Below, in pieces: positions 1-16,094 of a DNA stretch of 64,000 bases; positions within the stretch are counted from its first letter, which is position 1, and each line of letters begins with the position of its first letter. Below the pieces are notes generated by a model. The model made no database searches. It had not been told where the DNA came from and was given only the letters and a program-made list of their open reading frames with translations. Origin of the DNA: Vicugna vicugna (taxonomy: Eukaryota); the NCBI GenBank assembly GCA_013265495.1, contig MU058337.1:5498716-5562715 (forward strand). Reading direction: 5' to 3'. The position numbers were made by a program, and so were the translations under genes.

Positions 1-560
1 AAAATCAGATACATTTCACACTCATCAAAAGGCCAAGTTAAAATAGTCTGATAATGTCACTTATTGGCAAGAACATGAGGAAATGGGAACACTTACAGAC
101 TGAATCCAATTTTCTTGGCTGTTGCTCTTTAGACAGCACCGTGACAATCTCTGGTAAACACAGAGATGGGTAAATTTCTAGACCCTAGCAATTCCTCTCC
201 TAGAAATTTACACAGAGCAGGATGTTTACCGTGGAGCAGTACATGTGTGTTTTTTGCAGCATTGCCTAAACCCAACATGATACCTTCTGATATATTTGTA
301 CAGTGGGATACTGTATGAGCGGTTAAATAAACTAATCGGATCTAGAATCTCATTGTTTGGAACACTTAATGTTCAATGAATATAAAAAAAAACTGCATAA
401 ACTACCGCATATTGGATACCACTATATAAATTTTTGAAATTCAAAGCACACACATTTCTACATATTTATACGTGCATAAGCAGCAAAAGTCTGAAAGCAT
501 AGGAGGAGGAGGTACCCCTGAAGGACAGTTGTTAGTTCAGTGGCAGGAAAGGCAAAATAG
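1..560 (+). mobile_element. Old L1 fragment (L1ME-like; ORF2 end and 3' UTR)
   Basis: Degenerate L1 3' motifs such as 'gaccctagcaattcctctcctagaaattta' and 'ttggcaagaacatgaggaaatgggaacac'; boundaries approximate. Confidence 0.6.
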
Positions 561-1130
561 GAGTGGGAAGGTGCATTTTTCCCAAGTTTCTTAAATTATA
601 CTTCTGCCTTTATAATATAATGTAATGAAACATAATATAATATATTCATGTGCAGTTTAATAAAGCCTCAGTTGTATAATACAGACTATCTGATCTCATT
701 TTGCCAGTTGTCACAGCATTAATTTCTCAAAAGATCCAAATTCTGTGACCTCATACCACTTAAAAATAGTTTTACAATTGCCCATATCAGAATGTTTTTT
801 TAAAAAGACACAATATTCTTAACCAGAAGCGGCAGCACTGACAAGCTATAATTTTGCTGCAGCGTTTTCTACTAGGAAAGGAAAGGAAACAAATCCCTGT
901 TAGTGAATATCCCTTTTTGAAAATCTACTCATGTAGAAAACCTTCTTTAGATTTTTTTCCCAAACCTGAAAATTTATCATGTTCAAAGACACCCATTGAA
1001 GGCTGCAGAACCTTCTAAACCCACTACCATCCTTTCCAGAACTCCTCTCAAGACCACGTTTGAGAATTCTGACCATGTTTATCGAACCACCACGGTATCA
1101 GAAGAATATCTTTGTTTTAAAACCAAATGA

Positions 1131-1388
<258 letters not shown>

Positions 1389-1772
1389 TAAAATAATAAT
1401 CGTGAGGCCACTAGGCGGTTGTGCATAAGTTAATATAGAAACAGATCTCTCCATAGGCTATTAAAATCAACCACCCAGAGGCCGTGCTTCAGTGCTCCTA
1501 GGATAAGCCTTAATGAAAAAATGAATTTTTAAATAAAATATGTTTGTGCTTGCCTTTTAAACGTATGAGTGAAATGTATTAAACTGACAGAAATTGAATG
1601 ATGCAGTTCTCCTTCCAATACAGACAGCGTCATGCACCGTCGTTTTAAATATTCAGAGCCAGCCACTCCTGCCAAACACTTCACAGTAGATTGAACTGTA
1701 GAAGGAAAAAAAAAATGTAATGGGTTTTAAGATGAGCATTAAAGAAAACGAAAGACAAGAAAGTAAATGTGA

Positions 1773-2018
<246 letters not shown>

Positions 2019-2029
2019 TAAACAATTAA

Positions 2030-2200
<171 letters not shown>

Positions 2201-2808
2201 TAATGAGTCAGCTGGCTCCGGGGGCCGCCGTGCGCGTTTGCAAGTAAAACCGTGTCCTCCTCCGAGGGCACTTACTCTCAACTCTGTGTTCCATCGCTTT
2301 GGGGGGAAGGGAAGAGCCTGCTCTTGGGATATTTCCTTTCTAGGCTGCTCTGCATCGCTTGAACAAAGACTTCACTTTCAATTTCCGTTTCTCGAACAGC
2401 AGGAATGGCTAACTGCTGTTGATTGTTGTATCTGCATGTTGGCCTCTCTAGTTACGTGAGTTCAAACATTTCCAGCAAATGGCACAAACCACTGTAATTC
2501 AGGGACTCAAATTGCAATATGGTGACCAAGGGAGTTCGCCCAGACAAGATTATTTTAATCCCCAGTCCACATAGCGTAGCTTTCCAGTGTGATCTTCTTT
2601 GAAATACAAGCAGATCCTTACTTCATCCTGTACCAGTGGATGTTTCCCCAAGTCTGTGATCTTTTACTTGAGGAAGAAAAACAACCTGCTGTCAGAACTA
2701 GTCATAAAACAAGGTGAAAAGAGTGTGGAGAATCTAGATTTACATATATATATATACACACACATACAGCAGGAATCAGTTCTTCTCTTTGGTTCCTACA
2801 TCCTTTAA

Positions 2809-3081
<273 letters not shown>

Positions 3082-3162
3082 TAATTCCATGTCAGCCTAC
3101 TCTCAGCTGTCAGGTTAACCCCCCTAAAATTCAGCCTGGACTGTGACAGGACCTCAGACATG

Positions 3163-3227
3163 CTCTCTCTCACACACACACACACACACACGTATGTGCG
3201 CACACACCTGCATTCTTCACACACACA
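3163..3227. repeat. Compound (CT)n(CA)n microsatellite
   Basis: Seen directly. Confidence 0.9.
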
Positions 3228-3659
3228 AAAGCTGGCCCCTCAAAGTCCTAGAGCCTGTGAGTGATGAAGAGAAGGGCCTCAGAGATACTCTGGTTTAACC
3301 CTTACTTTATCAAAGGATAGAAACAGGAGAGAGAGAGACAGAAACCCAGAGATGAAGAGACCTGTCCAGATTCATACCCACGCCTGAATCAGCAGACTTG
3401 AACCCAGTTCCCAGCGCTGGTGTGTGGCTTCGGTGTCACTGCATTGTAATCAGGGTCTCACAGTGTGATTCTCCGCTACTCTGCTGCCTTATTTTCTCCC
3501 AGACACCCAGCTGCCATTTCTCGAAATCCATCATTCCTCATCTCTGCACCTGAGTTCTCATCGTTTTGCCTAAAATGCATTCAGCCTCCCCGCCCTCCAT
3601 TCCGTCTGAGGTCCAGCTCGGAAACTACAGCCATGGGTAAACTTGACTGTGATCGTGAC

Positions 3660-3968
3660 CCGTGTTGTACAATATAAATAAAAGGTGGTCTGGGTGTAAT
3701 TTTAAATTTTCTGGGACTCACATTTAAAATATGAAAAAAGAAACAGATGATTTTAATTGAATAATGTATTTTAACCTACCATATCCAAAATATTATCATT
3801 TCAATATGTTAGCAATGTAAAAATTATGAAGGTGCAAGATTACATCCTTTCTTTGGTACTAAATCTTTGATTGAGTGCCTATTTGACATTGACTGCACCC
3901 CCTAATTTAGACTGGCCTCCCTTCCAGTGCTCAGGGACCACAGCGGGTTACCATGTTGGACAACACAG
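3660..3968 (+). mobile_element. MER33-like hAT-Charlie DNA transposon
   Basis: 'tgtaattttaaattttct', 'atatccaaaatattatcatttcaatatgt' and terminal 'taccatgttggacaacacag' match the recalled MER33 consensus. Confidence 0.75.
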
Positions 3969-5901
3969 GTCCAGAAGATCTGGGCCCCACTCTAGGCTGC
4001 ACTGTTTTCCAGCCTTGGTCAAATTAATTGCCTTCAGTGGTCTTTTTGCCCTTTGCTCTGAACTGGGAATATAATGTCATAGTCTACCTGTTCCTTATGC
4101 CCATCATGAAGGTCAAGTATGTGAAGTTTTAACAACTGTAAAGATTATACATACAAACCCGTGACACATTATTATAAATACTTTCTTTTTTGTTAGTCTT
4201 CCTTGATCCCACTCAAAAGTCGTACCATCAGTTTCCCCTGCTCTTCTACCCAGTCTCCCATCCTCCCCAGTGTCAGAGGCAAGCAGGGAAAAAATCCCTA
4301 ACACACAGAACCCGTTTGCACACCGCAAAGCCCCTGCTTTGGGATGAAGTCGCTGTACTTGGGAACATATTGACTGTCCTTAAAACAGTTGTTACCTTCA
4401 GCATCAGGGGCTGTGCCAAGCCCAGGTGGGCTCTGAGTCACCCTGATTCATTCGCTCTGACGACAGATGGTTCAGAGCGCTAAAAAAGCTGCAAGTCACT
4501 GTGCCAGGAATTGAGGAGAGTGTAATGGGCAGAATGAAGACAGCTCTCCTGAACCTCACCGCCTGGAAGGTTAGGTTGGGTTTCGTCAAATGCCCCTCAG
4601 TCAATGAAAATGACTGCGAGGGTGAGGGAGACGGAGAGCCGCATCACAGCACCCGGCGGCTTCATCAGAGAGGGCCTGGACAGCGTCCCCGGGGAGTGAT
4701 CCCCGACTGGGATCAGTCTGTCGGGTGAGGGGGGAATATTCCAGGCAGCTGTCCCCGTGATGGGAGGCTCAGTGGGACAGACAGTGGGCCTGGAGCAGAC
4801 GGGGAGAGGGGAACGTGGCACAGTTTCTGGTTGGGTGAGAAGGTGTCGGACCTCTCAGGGCCTGTAGTGCAGGTAAAGGAGCGGGTCCTCATCCTGGAAG
4901 CTGTGAGCGCCATCACTTCCAGAAGTAAAGGGAGGCGGTCTCTACAATTGGTTTTGCACGAACATGGCAAGAAGGAGCAGCTTTGTCTCTTTCTCCAGAC
5001 AAATTCTCTCATTCTGGGTGTCCCCAGGGAGGATGGCTCATGCCCGGGAGACCGGCTGCCTACGCTGCCTGACTGCTTCTGTTCCTCCCCGGGAGCCTCT
5101 GGTCCTGGGGGGGCGCTTGCCCTCCACTCTGTTTTGCAGTGGACGATTCTGAAGGAAGAAGCAGTCCTTGTTCCCACCCTGAGATGCTTCTGTGCTGCAG
5201 ACACATTCATTTCCCTGCACCTCACCAAGAGTCTTCCCCCTACAGGGGCCCATCTGGGACTGTTGTCATTTGACTAAGCAGGAAGGCGCCTGGGGATTAA
5301 TCACGCCTTGGCATCAGCTTAATGCCACGGTTGTTACTGCAGTTGTCACCGGTGGGATCTTTGTTTCTCGGATGGAACTTTCTTAGTCATAAAGCACACC
5401 GAGTCACCTCCTGCTGCCGATCACACACTCAGAGGAGAGGGGGGTGTATTTCTGAGAGCGGGGACATCTCTGAAACCAGCTCAGACTAATGTGCATGTGG
5501 CCGGCTGGTCTCCAGACATCTCTGGAGGTTTTCAAAGAGAAGGAAGCGGAAACAGACCTCTGGCAATCTCTTCCAACACCAACACCCCTCTGGCTGGAAC
5601 AGGAAGCCAGGAGTCCTTTATCTCCTGTCTCCCTCGATGCCTCCGTGTTACATTGTTATCCCCTGTCTTTCTTGCTCCTCGAAGGAGCTGGCCACTGTTT
5701 CATGTAAAATAAATTTTAAAATGCAGAATTCAGCTGAGAAAAAACAGAGATGGAAGTTTCATTGAAGGTTTGACTTTATAGCTAATATTTATTCATGAGT
5801 TTTGGCGGTGACCTTTTCAGCACCTTTTTAAGATAAATTTCTTATAGGAATTTTCATATTTTATTAAACTCATTATTCAGTAGACTTCACAGAAGGCTTA
5901 A

Positions 5902-6051
<150 letters not shown>

Positions 6052-6850
6052 TGAAGTTACTGTCAAAGGTCACATATGCAGGGAGGAAAGGAGCGATGAC
6101 TGACCTCACATGCCCTTCTGGGTCTTCAGGGCTGGGGTTAACCAATTACTAGACATCATGAGTCAGAATGAGCAAATGATAAAGTGAATCGGTAGCTTAG
6201 TTACCCTGTGATATGTTTCCTGACATTTGTGTTGTTTTATTCATTCTTCTTCTTTGCTCAGTGAACTCAGTCATCAACTAAAGATAGCACATTAGGCACA
6301 AAAGCAAAACCTGATGGTCTTCCTTCTGCTTCTTTATGTTTATTGTTGTTATGTTTAATCAAGTTAAGTAGTTTTACTGCAAAGAAAAATAATCTTTAAC
6401 AAGTATTCCTGACTCTGTGAGTCCAGATTTCCAGGTAGCCTTCGTTTGTGTTAAAGCGTACATTCCACGTATGTGTTTCATTTTTTAAGGCACTGTTTCC
6501 TATTTTGTTCCTAACTTTATTTCCTGTGTAGTCCATATAGCCACATACTCAATATATTTAATATTTGATGGTTATTTTAGCATTGTTTAGTGTGTTTTTG
6601 TGAAGGCCTGTTTGTGGACGAATCCTGGGTCTGCTTGCTTTCAGCCAAAAATGTACAGCCTTTATCGTAGAGAATTAAGAAGCAGGAGAAGAGAAAATAG
6701 AAGGCTAAAAATATTGGGGTGGAACTTCTATTGATTTGGCTAAAGAACCTGAAGTTTGAAATATGAGAAGAATTTCTCTATGTGTAATGGTTTGTAATAA
6801 TATTCAAATTTAATTCCAAATAGGAAGCACCTTTCAAGTGATGTCCTTGA

Positions 6851-7156
<306 letters not shown>

Positions 7157-7987
7157 TAAATTTATCTTTTTATTCAAATATCAAGCAAACCTTTTTAGTA
7201 ATGAAGTCATGAATAAATATCTGCCTGTTTTTTTAGACAAAGATGGGGAGAGGGAAGCAATCATTTGGAAATTAAAGCAAAATAGAACAGCCAAATTTCA
7301 AATGACATTTTTCCCATTGGAAACGGTGTGCATATTTCCTTTAGAAACCTTAGAAAATTCAGAAATAAAAGAAAACAGAGTCCATCATTTCACCACCATG
7401 CAGGAATAACCACTTCTGATATCCTGATGAATTCCAGCAAATGTTCTATCCACATAAATGCCAGGAATGATATATTACTTTTCTAATTAAATAATTTTGG
7501 GATGGCTTTTTTGAGTGACACATGGGAGGTTAGGACCCCCAAATGGTTATTATATATGAAAAGCATTGTTCAAAGTTTGTCTTAAATTTTGTGGAAGCAT
7601 CTCAGAGGTTTTTTTTTAAATATTAAATTATTACAACATATTAAATACAACTGTGTCTTGTTGCAGAGATTACTTATCTGATACTGGAGGCTCCACCTTT
7701 CCTAGCATAATCCCTGTGAAAGGAGGAGTCATTTTTAACTGTCAGAGCTTGCTTGCTTAGTCGCTCGAGATGAATGGCGGTAAACTGTTGGCACCTGCTA
7801 GGGCTGGGTTCCTGAGACAGCTATCCTTGGGGGCCAGTATAAATAACAAACAAAAAGAGGGTGTAACCTTTAGAAATGGTAACTTAGCAACCGGATTTGC
7901 TCCAAAATCCACCTGTTTTGATGGTGACAAACATTACTACTTCCTATCAAACCGTATCACTCACACCTTGTTTTTTTTTTCCCTTAA

Positions 7988-8116
<129 letters not shown>

Positions 8117-8529
8117 TGACCTAGCATCAGATGACACTCTTTGGTGATGCAGTGTTGGCAGCACCATCCTTGTAGCATCAAGACTGTGCACAAAACACAT
8201 AGCCTGACCTTCTAGGCCATAAAGTTGCATTCTTTAACATTACAGTATATGGACACACAGGAAAAATATCCAGTGAACCAACTCAAGCCATTGTAGTTTC
8301 ATCAATAGATATGCACCATATGACCATTGTTCCCGTCCTCCCATCCTTGACGGCTCTGCAGTCAGGTGCAAACAGGGGAGTTCCGCTTCTTTGATTTCGT
8401 TTCTTCAGCAGATACTCCCTGAGCCCTTGGTTTGTACCGGCCCACACGCTGGGTGCCAGGTCTTCAGCGATTCCAAGGCATCCTCAAGGGGCTTATGTCA
8501 GGGGCTCCAAACAACTCTCTTCCTCCTGT

Positions 8530-9038
8530 CCCCTTGCTTCTAGGGGCTAATTCTTCAGCATCCTCCAGGTCTCACTCTAAAGCTCAGTCCCTTTAGGAAT
8601 CCTGCCCAACGCTAAGACTGCCGGTTCTGTGCTCTCACAGCCCTCGGTGTTCCTCCTTTGTAGCATGTATCACAACCATAGTAAGCGACTGGCTCAGTTG
8701 GTTTATTTCATCCGTCTCATCCTCAAAAGAAATGTCTGCAAGGATGGCGACTCAGTGGCCACCCCCCATCTGTAGTTACTGAGCCCTTGAATTGTGACCA
8801 GCGCCACTGAGGAACTAACTTTACAGTTTTATTTCATTGTAGTGACTGTGAATTAACACAAATTGAAATTTAGATAGCCACGTGTAGTTAGCGGCTCCTG
8901 TATCGGACTGCACTGCTCTAGACTGTCAGCAACACAGAGGAGGGAAGGGCTCTGTGTCCTGCTTACCAGCCTGTCCCCAACACTGGGTATAAGCCTAGCA
9001 CATAGTAGGAGATCGGGAACTTGAAGCATGAATGAATG
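8530..9038 (+). mobile_element. L2 3' end interrupted by MER3
   Basis: L2 tail 'ctagactgt...gcctagcacatagtagg...tgaatgaatg', with L2-like sequence resuming on the other side of the MER3. Confidence 0.6.
8728..8915 (+). mobile_element. MER3-like hAT-Charlie MITE nested in L2
   Basis: 'actgaggaactaactttacagttttatttcatt...tagccacgtgtagttagcggctcctgtatcggactgcactg'. Confidence 0.7.
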
Positions 9039-9667
9039 GGGGCAGAATTTACCAAGTTAAAAATAATACAAGGCAGAATTAAACAAATTCTAGATTAAAA
9101 AAAAAAAAGCAGAATGCCATGGAAATGCAGAAGAAAGAGCTTGTGTCTCTGCTGAAAGAAACCAGAGGTTTCTCAGAGATATTGGCGTTTTATTGAGCCA
9201 GTAAAAATGGGGAGGCTTTTAATAACCTGAATCTTGGGTCATTTAATAACATCCCGTAACGATGCTCTAAGAATGAGGATTACTGGCTTCTTCATATACA
9301 ATTTGAATATGAATTTGCTGTGTCTAGCAGGTCTTCCAAAATCTTAACCCATTACTTAAGTCAGAGAGCTTTTTAAAATGCTTTTTTACCTGACTTTCTT
9401 CCTTTTGCGTCACAATGACTACTTATGATTTGGGGCTCGTGAAGGCGGCAGAAAGAGTGTCTTGGAGGAAACAGATTCATGTTCGTTGTGCTTCTAAAAT
9501 GGCAGTGAACTTGGGATCCTACAAGACCAGAAGCACAGCACAAATGAAATGTTCGTTTTGATTTCTGCCACATAGGACGCACCCAGTGGATGGGGCTTTG
9601 AGAGATCACTTTGAAGTCAATTATATTTTATGTTGTTGGGAATGTATTCACAACTACAGGCAATTAA

Positions 9668-9871
<204 letters not shown>

Positions 9872-10503
9872 TGATGGTCACTGAATATTTTTCAGTCTCT
9901 TTAAACTCAGGTTCTTAGATATTTATGTACAATTTTCAGGTAATTATCCTGGATTGCTTGAGGTTGGGTGTTTTATGGCATTAATTATAAATTGTTGCCT
10001 CTCAGTCCAGAAGCAGAAAAGACCTTTGAAAGGCATGTCAATGACAGCTGATTGCAGTTTCAAGAGTTGTCCTATTAATTACGGTCATGAATTTCAAGAG
10101 CTCTTTCACATGGATTACGTTGAACAGATATCAGGCAGCACTATCTTTACAGCCCTGAAATATCACATTTATGTCTTCAAAAGATATATGTTGTCCACCC
10201 AGCTGTGGGGCCACCCAGAGCTCAATTTGACCTTTAAAAACATCCCTGGAACGCTCAACTAAGACTTAAAGCCAGCTGGCATGAGCATCTTATACACAGA
10301 ATGTGTGTTTATGCTCATGACCCTCATGTTTTGGAAAGGCAGGAGCTGGATACATAGCTTAGTCCAAGTGTAAAACATGCCAACTTGGAAACCATGCGAA
10401 AAGCACTTTAAAAATTTGGCTTATAATGTAGGTGATAAAATCCATTATTTATAATAGATGTTTCCCTTTTTCTAAAAAATGACAGATTAGCATAATTGTC
10501 TGA

Positions 10504-10734
<231 letters not shown>

Positions 10735-11021
10735 TGACAGTTGACATAGATTGAATTTGGGACGGCCATTGGTAAACTGCGGAAAGCTGCCATTGACAAT
10801 TTAGAAGAATATGCTAGGAAGGTGAGGGGGCAGAATGGCTCCCCCTACGTTTTCTTCCAACCACGAACACCCTCTCCTTCTCAACGTGCAGAAAGTGGGC
10901 AAGGAAGGGAAACCAAGCAGGCCCTGAGGGTACCAACCTGGGCTCAGTGCAGGGGAGGGGGTGACTTCAAGGCACCCAGGCAGCAGAATAATAGATCCAT
11001 GATCATCTCAGCCTCAGATGA

Positions 11022-11298
11022 CTTTTTTTTAATTGAAGATAGTTGATCTACAGTGTTGTGTTAGTTTCTGGTGTACAGCAGAGTGGTTCAGTTATACGTG
11101 TATATTCCTTTTCATAATCTTTTTCAATGTACATTATTACGAGCTATTGAATGTGGTTCCCTGTGCTATATAGTACGACCTTCTTATCTATTTTTTACAT
11201 ACTAGTTTATATCTGCTAATCCCAAACTCCAAATTTATATCCCCCACCACCACTGCCCTTTGGTGACCATAAGTTTGTTTCCTATGTTTGTGAGTCTG
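11022..11298 (-). mobile_element. Cetartiodactyl-type L1 3' UTR fragment
   Basis: Poly-T followed by 'aattgaagatagttgat...gttccctgtgctata...ccataagtttgtttcctatgtttgtgagtctg'. Confidence 0.8.
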
Positions 11299-11484
11299 TC
11301 AAACAGCAGTTCTGATTAGAAGTGCAAAGGAATTATTTAAGTGGCTTCTGAAAGTTATTATTTTGAATTATTTTGGACTTATTATTTGAATGTTTTCATC
11401 ATAAAGCATATCCAGGATTTCCTAAAGTTAGAGCAGCAGTAGCTTCATTCACCTCGTCCTCTCCTTCCCCTCCCTCTCCATCCT

Positions 11485-11870
11485 AGCTAACACTCAGGTA
11501 CAGTTCTAGGCACCGGGAATATGACAGTGAACCAGATGGCAAGGTCCTCGCGTTCATGGAGCATATGTTCTAATACGGGGAGATGAACGATTAAGAGTGT
11601 AACAATGAAGATTATAATAATTATTATTATTTCAAGAAGTTATAAGCACTTTGCAGAAGGTGACATGGTAGAGGGGGGTTAGAGTTGGAGGCAGACACTT
11701 TCACAGGCCTGGCTGAGAAAGTGTTATTTGACTTAACATCTGAAGGACCAGTAAAGTCCAGCCATGGGCAGACCTGGGGGAAGATCTGAAAATAGTTCCA
11801 GAAGAACTGACCACAGATGCAGGGACCAAGGGGCCAGAGGCAGAGAAAACGGGGTTGTGGAGCAGAGCTG
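11485..11870 (-). mobile_element. L2 fragment
   Basis: 'gttctaggcaccgggaatatgacagtgaac...ttcatggagcatatgttcta' is the antisense L2a tail pattern. Confidence 0.6.
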
Positions 11871-12783
11871 GGGTGTGCACAGCAATGTGTGATCCTCCCC
11901 TACCCCTGTGCTGCCTCTCCTTGACACCCCCACGCCACCCAAGCACTGGTCACGGGGACTTTCCTCCCAGACAGTTACCTACCTGCGTGTGCAGGAGTCT
12001 GGGCCAGCTCTGTCTCACCTGCATCCACTTACATCAGCCTCACTGCTACCTACAGGAACCTGCTGTCCACTGACACACACGGAAGCAGCACCACCTTCAC
12101 GTGTTGAGACATTAGTAACTGATGGGAATTAATGGGTCACTGATGTCCCTCTCCCAGCACCTGAATTCAAAGTCCCAGCTAGGCTGGTGCCATAGGTTTT
12201 GTTGCCCAGAAGGGAGTCATGTGTTAGATCCTCCAAACCTGCATCGGCTCTGCCAGGAAGAGGGCAGAACTGGGAGCCCGGGTGTCCCATGGGTCATTGC
12301 TCTGATGATAGAGAAGACCCAGGAAGGAGCAGTCTTTCCATTGGAGAACAGCTCACAATCGTGGTTACAAGTTCCTAGCATCCAGACTAAGTGAAGAAGA
12401 GGTTCATACACGTGTGGGTCCCATCTTTTCTACCAAATGCGTCACTGACCCGCTCAGCACGTGTGTTAGAGAAACAAATGGACACGGGCTGAGTCAGGGA
12501 AACAAGCAACGGAAGAGAAGCCTGGTTAAGCAGGCGCCAGGTGCAGGGGAGGCAGAGCGCGAGATTTACCACCTTGGCTCCCTGGCTCCTCAGCTGCCGC
12601 ATGGCGGTCATGTCCCCAGAATCAGAGAAGCACCTGCAGAAACTCCAAGGGCGCAGCTCTTAATCTCAGGCTCCTCTGGGTGCACAGACCCCACCCAGCC
12701 TCTGGGGAGGCCAGCAGCTTCCTCGCCACCCGGTGCTAATTGTGCCAGCTTTTGAGAACTAGCCCTGGGCTATTTTGCCGTGA

Positions 12784-13065
<282 letters not shown>

Positions 13066-13560
13066 TGAAGGCTCTGAGAGATACAATTAACAGGCAGGTT
13101 TGTAACCCGAAATGCCACGTCCACGGAGGTTATACAGCCAGGTCAACTTCTCAAAAGCCAAATGGCCTTTCTCACTGCCCTGTACTGATGGTGTCCCCAT
13201 GAGTGCCTCACTCGGGACTGGAGAAGCAGTGGCCGCATGTCCCCAGAGGTGCCCCTTACTGGCGGAGGGGCTCCTGCAGGGAGAGGGAGCAGGACCTTGG
13301 GGAGCGGGGCCCACCCTTCATTTCGTAGGAAGGAACTGGCCCGGGAGGGGTGGTGACCTGCTGACTTACTGGGCTTCTGTGGCTAAGCTGGAGCTGTAGT
13401 CTGACCTCCTCACTCACGAGTCTGACCCTAAGCCTGGCCCACCCAGGGATGGTTGCCCCCAGTTGGTTGACAAATCCCATTTTCCAGACATCTCATGAGG
13501 ACCTGGACAAGACCCAGGGGCAGATGGAGGCTCTGCTCCCCCTTGTCTCTGAGAGGCTTC

Positions 13561-14008
13561 CGTGTTATTGGCTAGGACTGCTCCCACCAAATACCATCCA
13601 CTGAGTGGGTTGTCTCCCAGTTCTGGTTCTGGAGGCTGGAAGTGAATTCAAGGTGTGGACGAGGTTGGTTCCGCTGAGGCTGTAAAGGGGGTGGGGCTGT
13701 TCCAGGCCTCTCCCCGCGTCCCGTGGTTTCCTGGCCGCCTGTGGCGTTCCTTGGCTTGTAGATGCGTTGCCCTGATCTCTGCCTCCCTCTCCACAAGGTG
13801 CTCTCCTCTGTGTGCGTGTCTGCGTCCAGATTCCCGTTACAGGGACACCAGTCGTAGTGGACTAAGGACCCACCCTAGCCCAGTGTGACCTCATCTTAAC
13901 CGGTCAAGTCTGCAATGACCTATTCCAAATAAGACCACATTTTGAGGTATTGAGGGTTTGGACCCCAAAATATCTTCTGTTGAGGGGAAGACAGTTCAAC
14001 CCGTAACA
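13561..14008 (-). mobile_element. MLT1 (MLT1C-like) MaLR solo LTR with 5-bp TSD GCTTC
   Basis: MLT1 motifs 'ttctggaggctggaagt', 'tgacctcatcttaac', terminal 'ttcaacccgtaaca'; GCTTC at 13556-13560 and 14009-14013. Confidence 0.85.
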
Positions 14009-14017
14009 GCTTCTTAG

Positions 14018-14486
14018 ATAGAGGTCTGTGGATAAAACTCAGAGGTCCGTGTTCTTGGAAGGGGAAACAGTTACATCTCTATTTTCACTGATCACCGAAA
14101 TGCAGCATTTTCCTCAGTGGTGAGTGCAGGCAACAAAGCACGGTAGTGTTAATAAGACCCACGTCTTGTCACCGGTAGAAATCAGACACTTCACATCACG
14201 TTACTGCCCCGTCTGATATCTTAAAATACCCGTTATGTGCACTAGCTCTTCTGACTCAGTCATTTGACCTCGGCTAGATGCTATTATTTAACGCAATAAT
14301 CGAGAAGCACTTGTGTTACTGTATCACCACCTTTTCAAAGAAAATAATTTGAGAACTGTGTTTCGAGGTAATCAGTTTCCTTTGTAACATAGATTTTATT
14401 TTATGCTTTTAAAGCCTTGTTCTAAGAAGTGTCCCGTGAGCTGCACTGCCCAGGGGTCCGCGCCACAGAAAAAGTCAGGAACTCTC
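14018..14486. mobile_element. Charlie4-like hAT DNA transposon remnant
   Basis: 'ggtctgtggataaaactcagaggtccgtg' and terminal 'ggggtccgcgccacagaaaaagtcaggaactct' resemble recalled Charlie4a. Confidence 0.5.
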
Positions 14487-15469
14487 TACATTCGGGAACT
14501 ATTTTCATCATGTTGCAAATAGTTGGCAAGTTAATTGTTGGATATAGTGTCACCAATTTCAGGAGCAGTCAGGTGTACAGAGATACCATTGGGACTAGAA
14601 TTTGAAAAAAAAAAAAAAAAGACCAGAACAGAGGAAGGAACTGGGAGAAGTTTTCTCAAGTTATCGATTTTACCTCTGTCTGTTCACTTCTAGAAGTGAG
14701 CTAAAAGGCAGAAAAAGCTGAGGCAGGAAACACAGACGAACAGCAAAGGATGCCGTCTCTCTCTCAGAATGTCGCTCAGCCTTCTCTCCTGGTGACACAT
14801 ATTCTTAGGCTGAAAGTGAGGCGTCTGGACTCATCATTGTCGTTACTAGTGAACGGTCAGCCTCCTTGAAACAAGTTGGTGCATCTGATGTAATGGACCC
14901 AGCGAGGGTGATGGTGGCATCCTTCACCCTTCGCTGTCCCTCTAGCCCCAGATATGAGATTCTTGATGAGGCAGGGGAAAGAGGCAGAGCGAGCTTGCAG
15001 CTGGGGTGGGGAGAGGCGGGCAGGCAGGGGCTGAGTGGGAACCTGGAGCCTGGGGCTGCAGCGCGGAGTACCCTGTCCCTCCTGGGCTGTGGGCGCCTCA
15101 GCCCGGACACACCAGCGCCTTATTGCCCGGGGCCCCGGTGCAGCACGTCAGCTTGTTGCTTTCATTTGCTGCTGTCTGGGCCATGGAGCCAAGGGCTGAA
15201 TGGGAGCCAGCATTCCAGCCGGGCTCTGCGGCTCTCTAAGATGAATGAGGACGATCTGGGGGAGCAAGCGAGATCAACGGAGAGGGAAATGGAGCAGGGG
15301 ATGCATGACCCACAGCCAAGCATACTGCACATCACCAGTTGGAGCTGAATGTGGAGAAAGTGTAGCGAGAGCAGTCTTCCTTCTACAGGGAAAGTTCCAG
15401 AGTCTCGAGCGGCTGATAACGTAGATCAGGGCCTCGCCTGGTGGGTCTTTTGTTTCACAGACGCTTACA

Positions 15470-15630
15470 CGGCACTTACTGCTGTAAGCACCTGGCAGAT
15501 AGTAGCTCACGTAATCGTGTAGTAAGGTAGGTACCTTGACTCTCCCGGTTTACAGATGAGGGTGGGGAGACACGGGGCGTAAGCAGCCCAAACCCTCCGG
15601 CTGGTCAGGGGCGGCATCGGAACGTTGCAT
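15470..15630 (-). mobile_element. MIR SINE (degenerate)
   Basis: Core 'aaggtaggtacc...cccggtttacagatgagg'. Confidence 0.55.
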
Positions 15631-15671
15631 CGGGTGGATGGAGTGATGTCTCTGGGTTCTGGGATGCCTAA

Positions 15672-16094
<423 letters not shown>

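Noticed and set aside
4713..5277. Overlapping 171-aa (-) and 148-aa (+) intronic ORFs as a nested gene
   Set aside because: No recognisable domain. The GC-rich composition explains the lack of stops, and there is no convincing exon structure.
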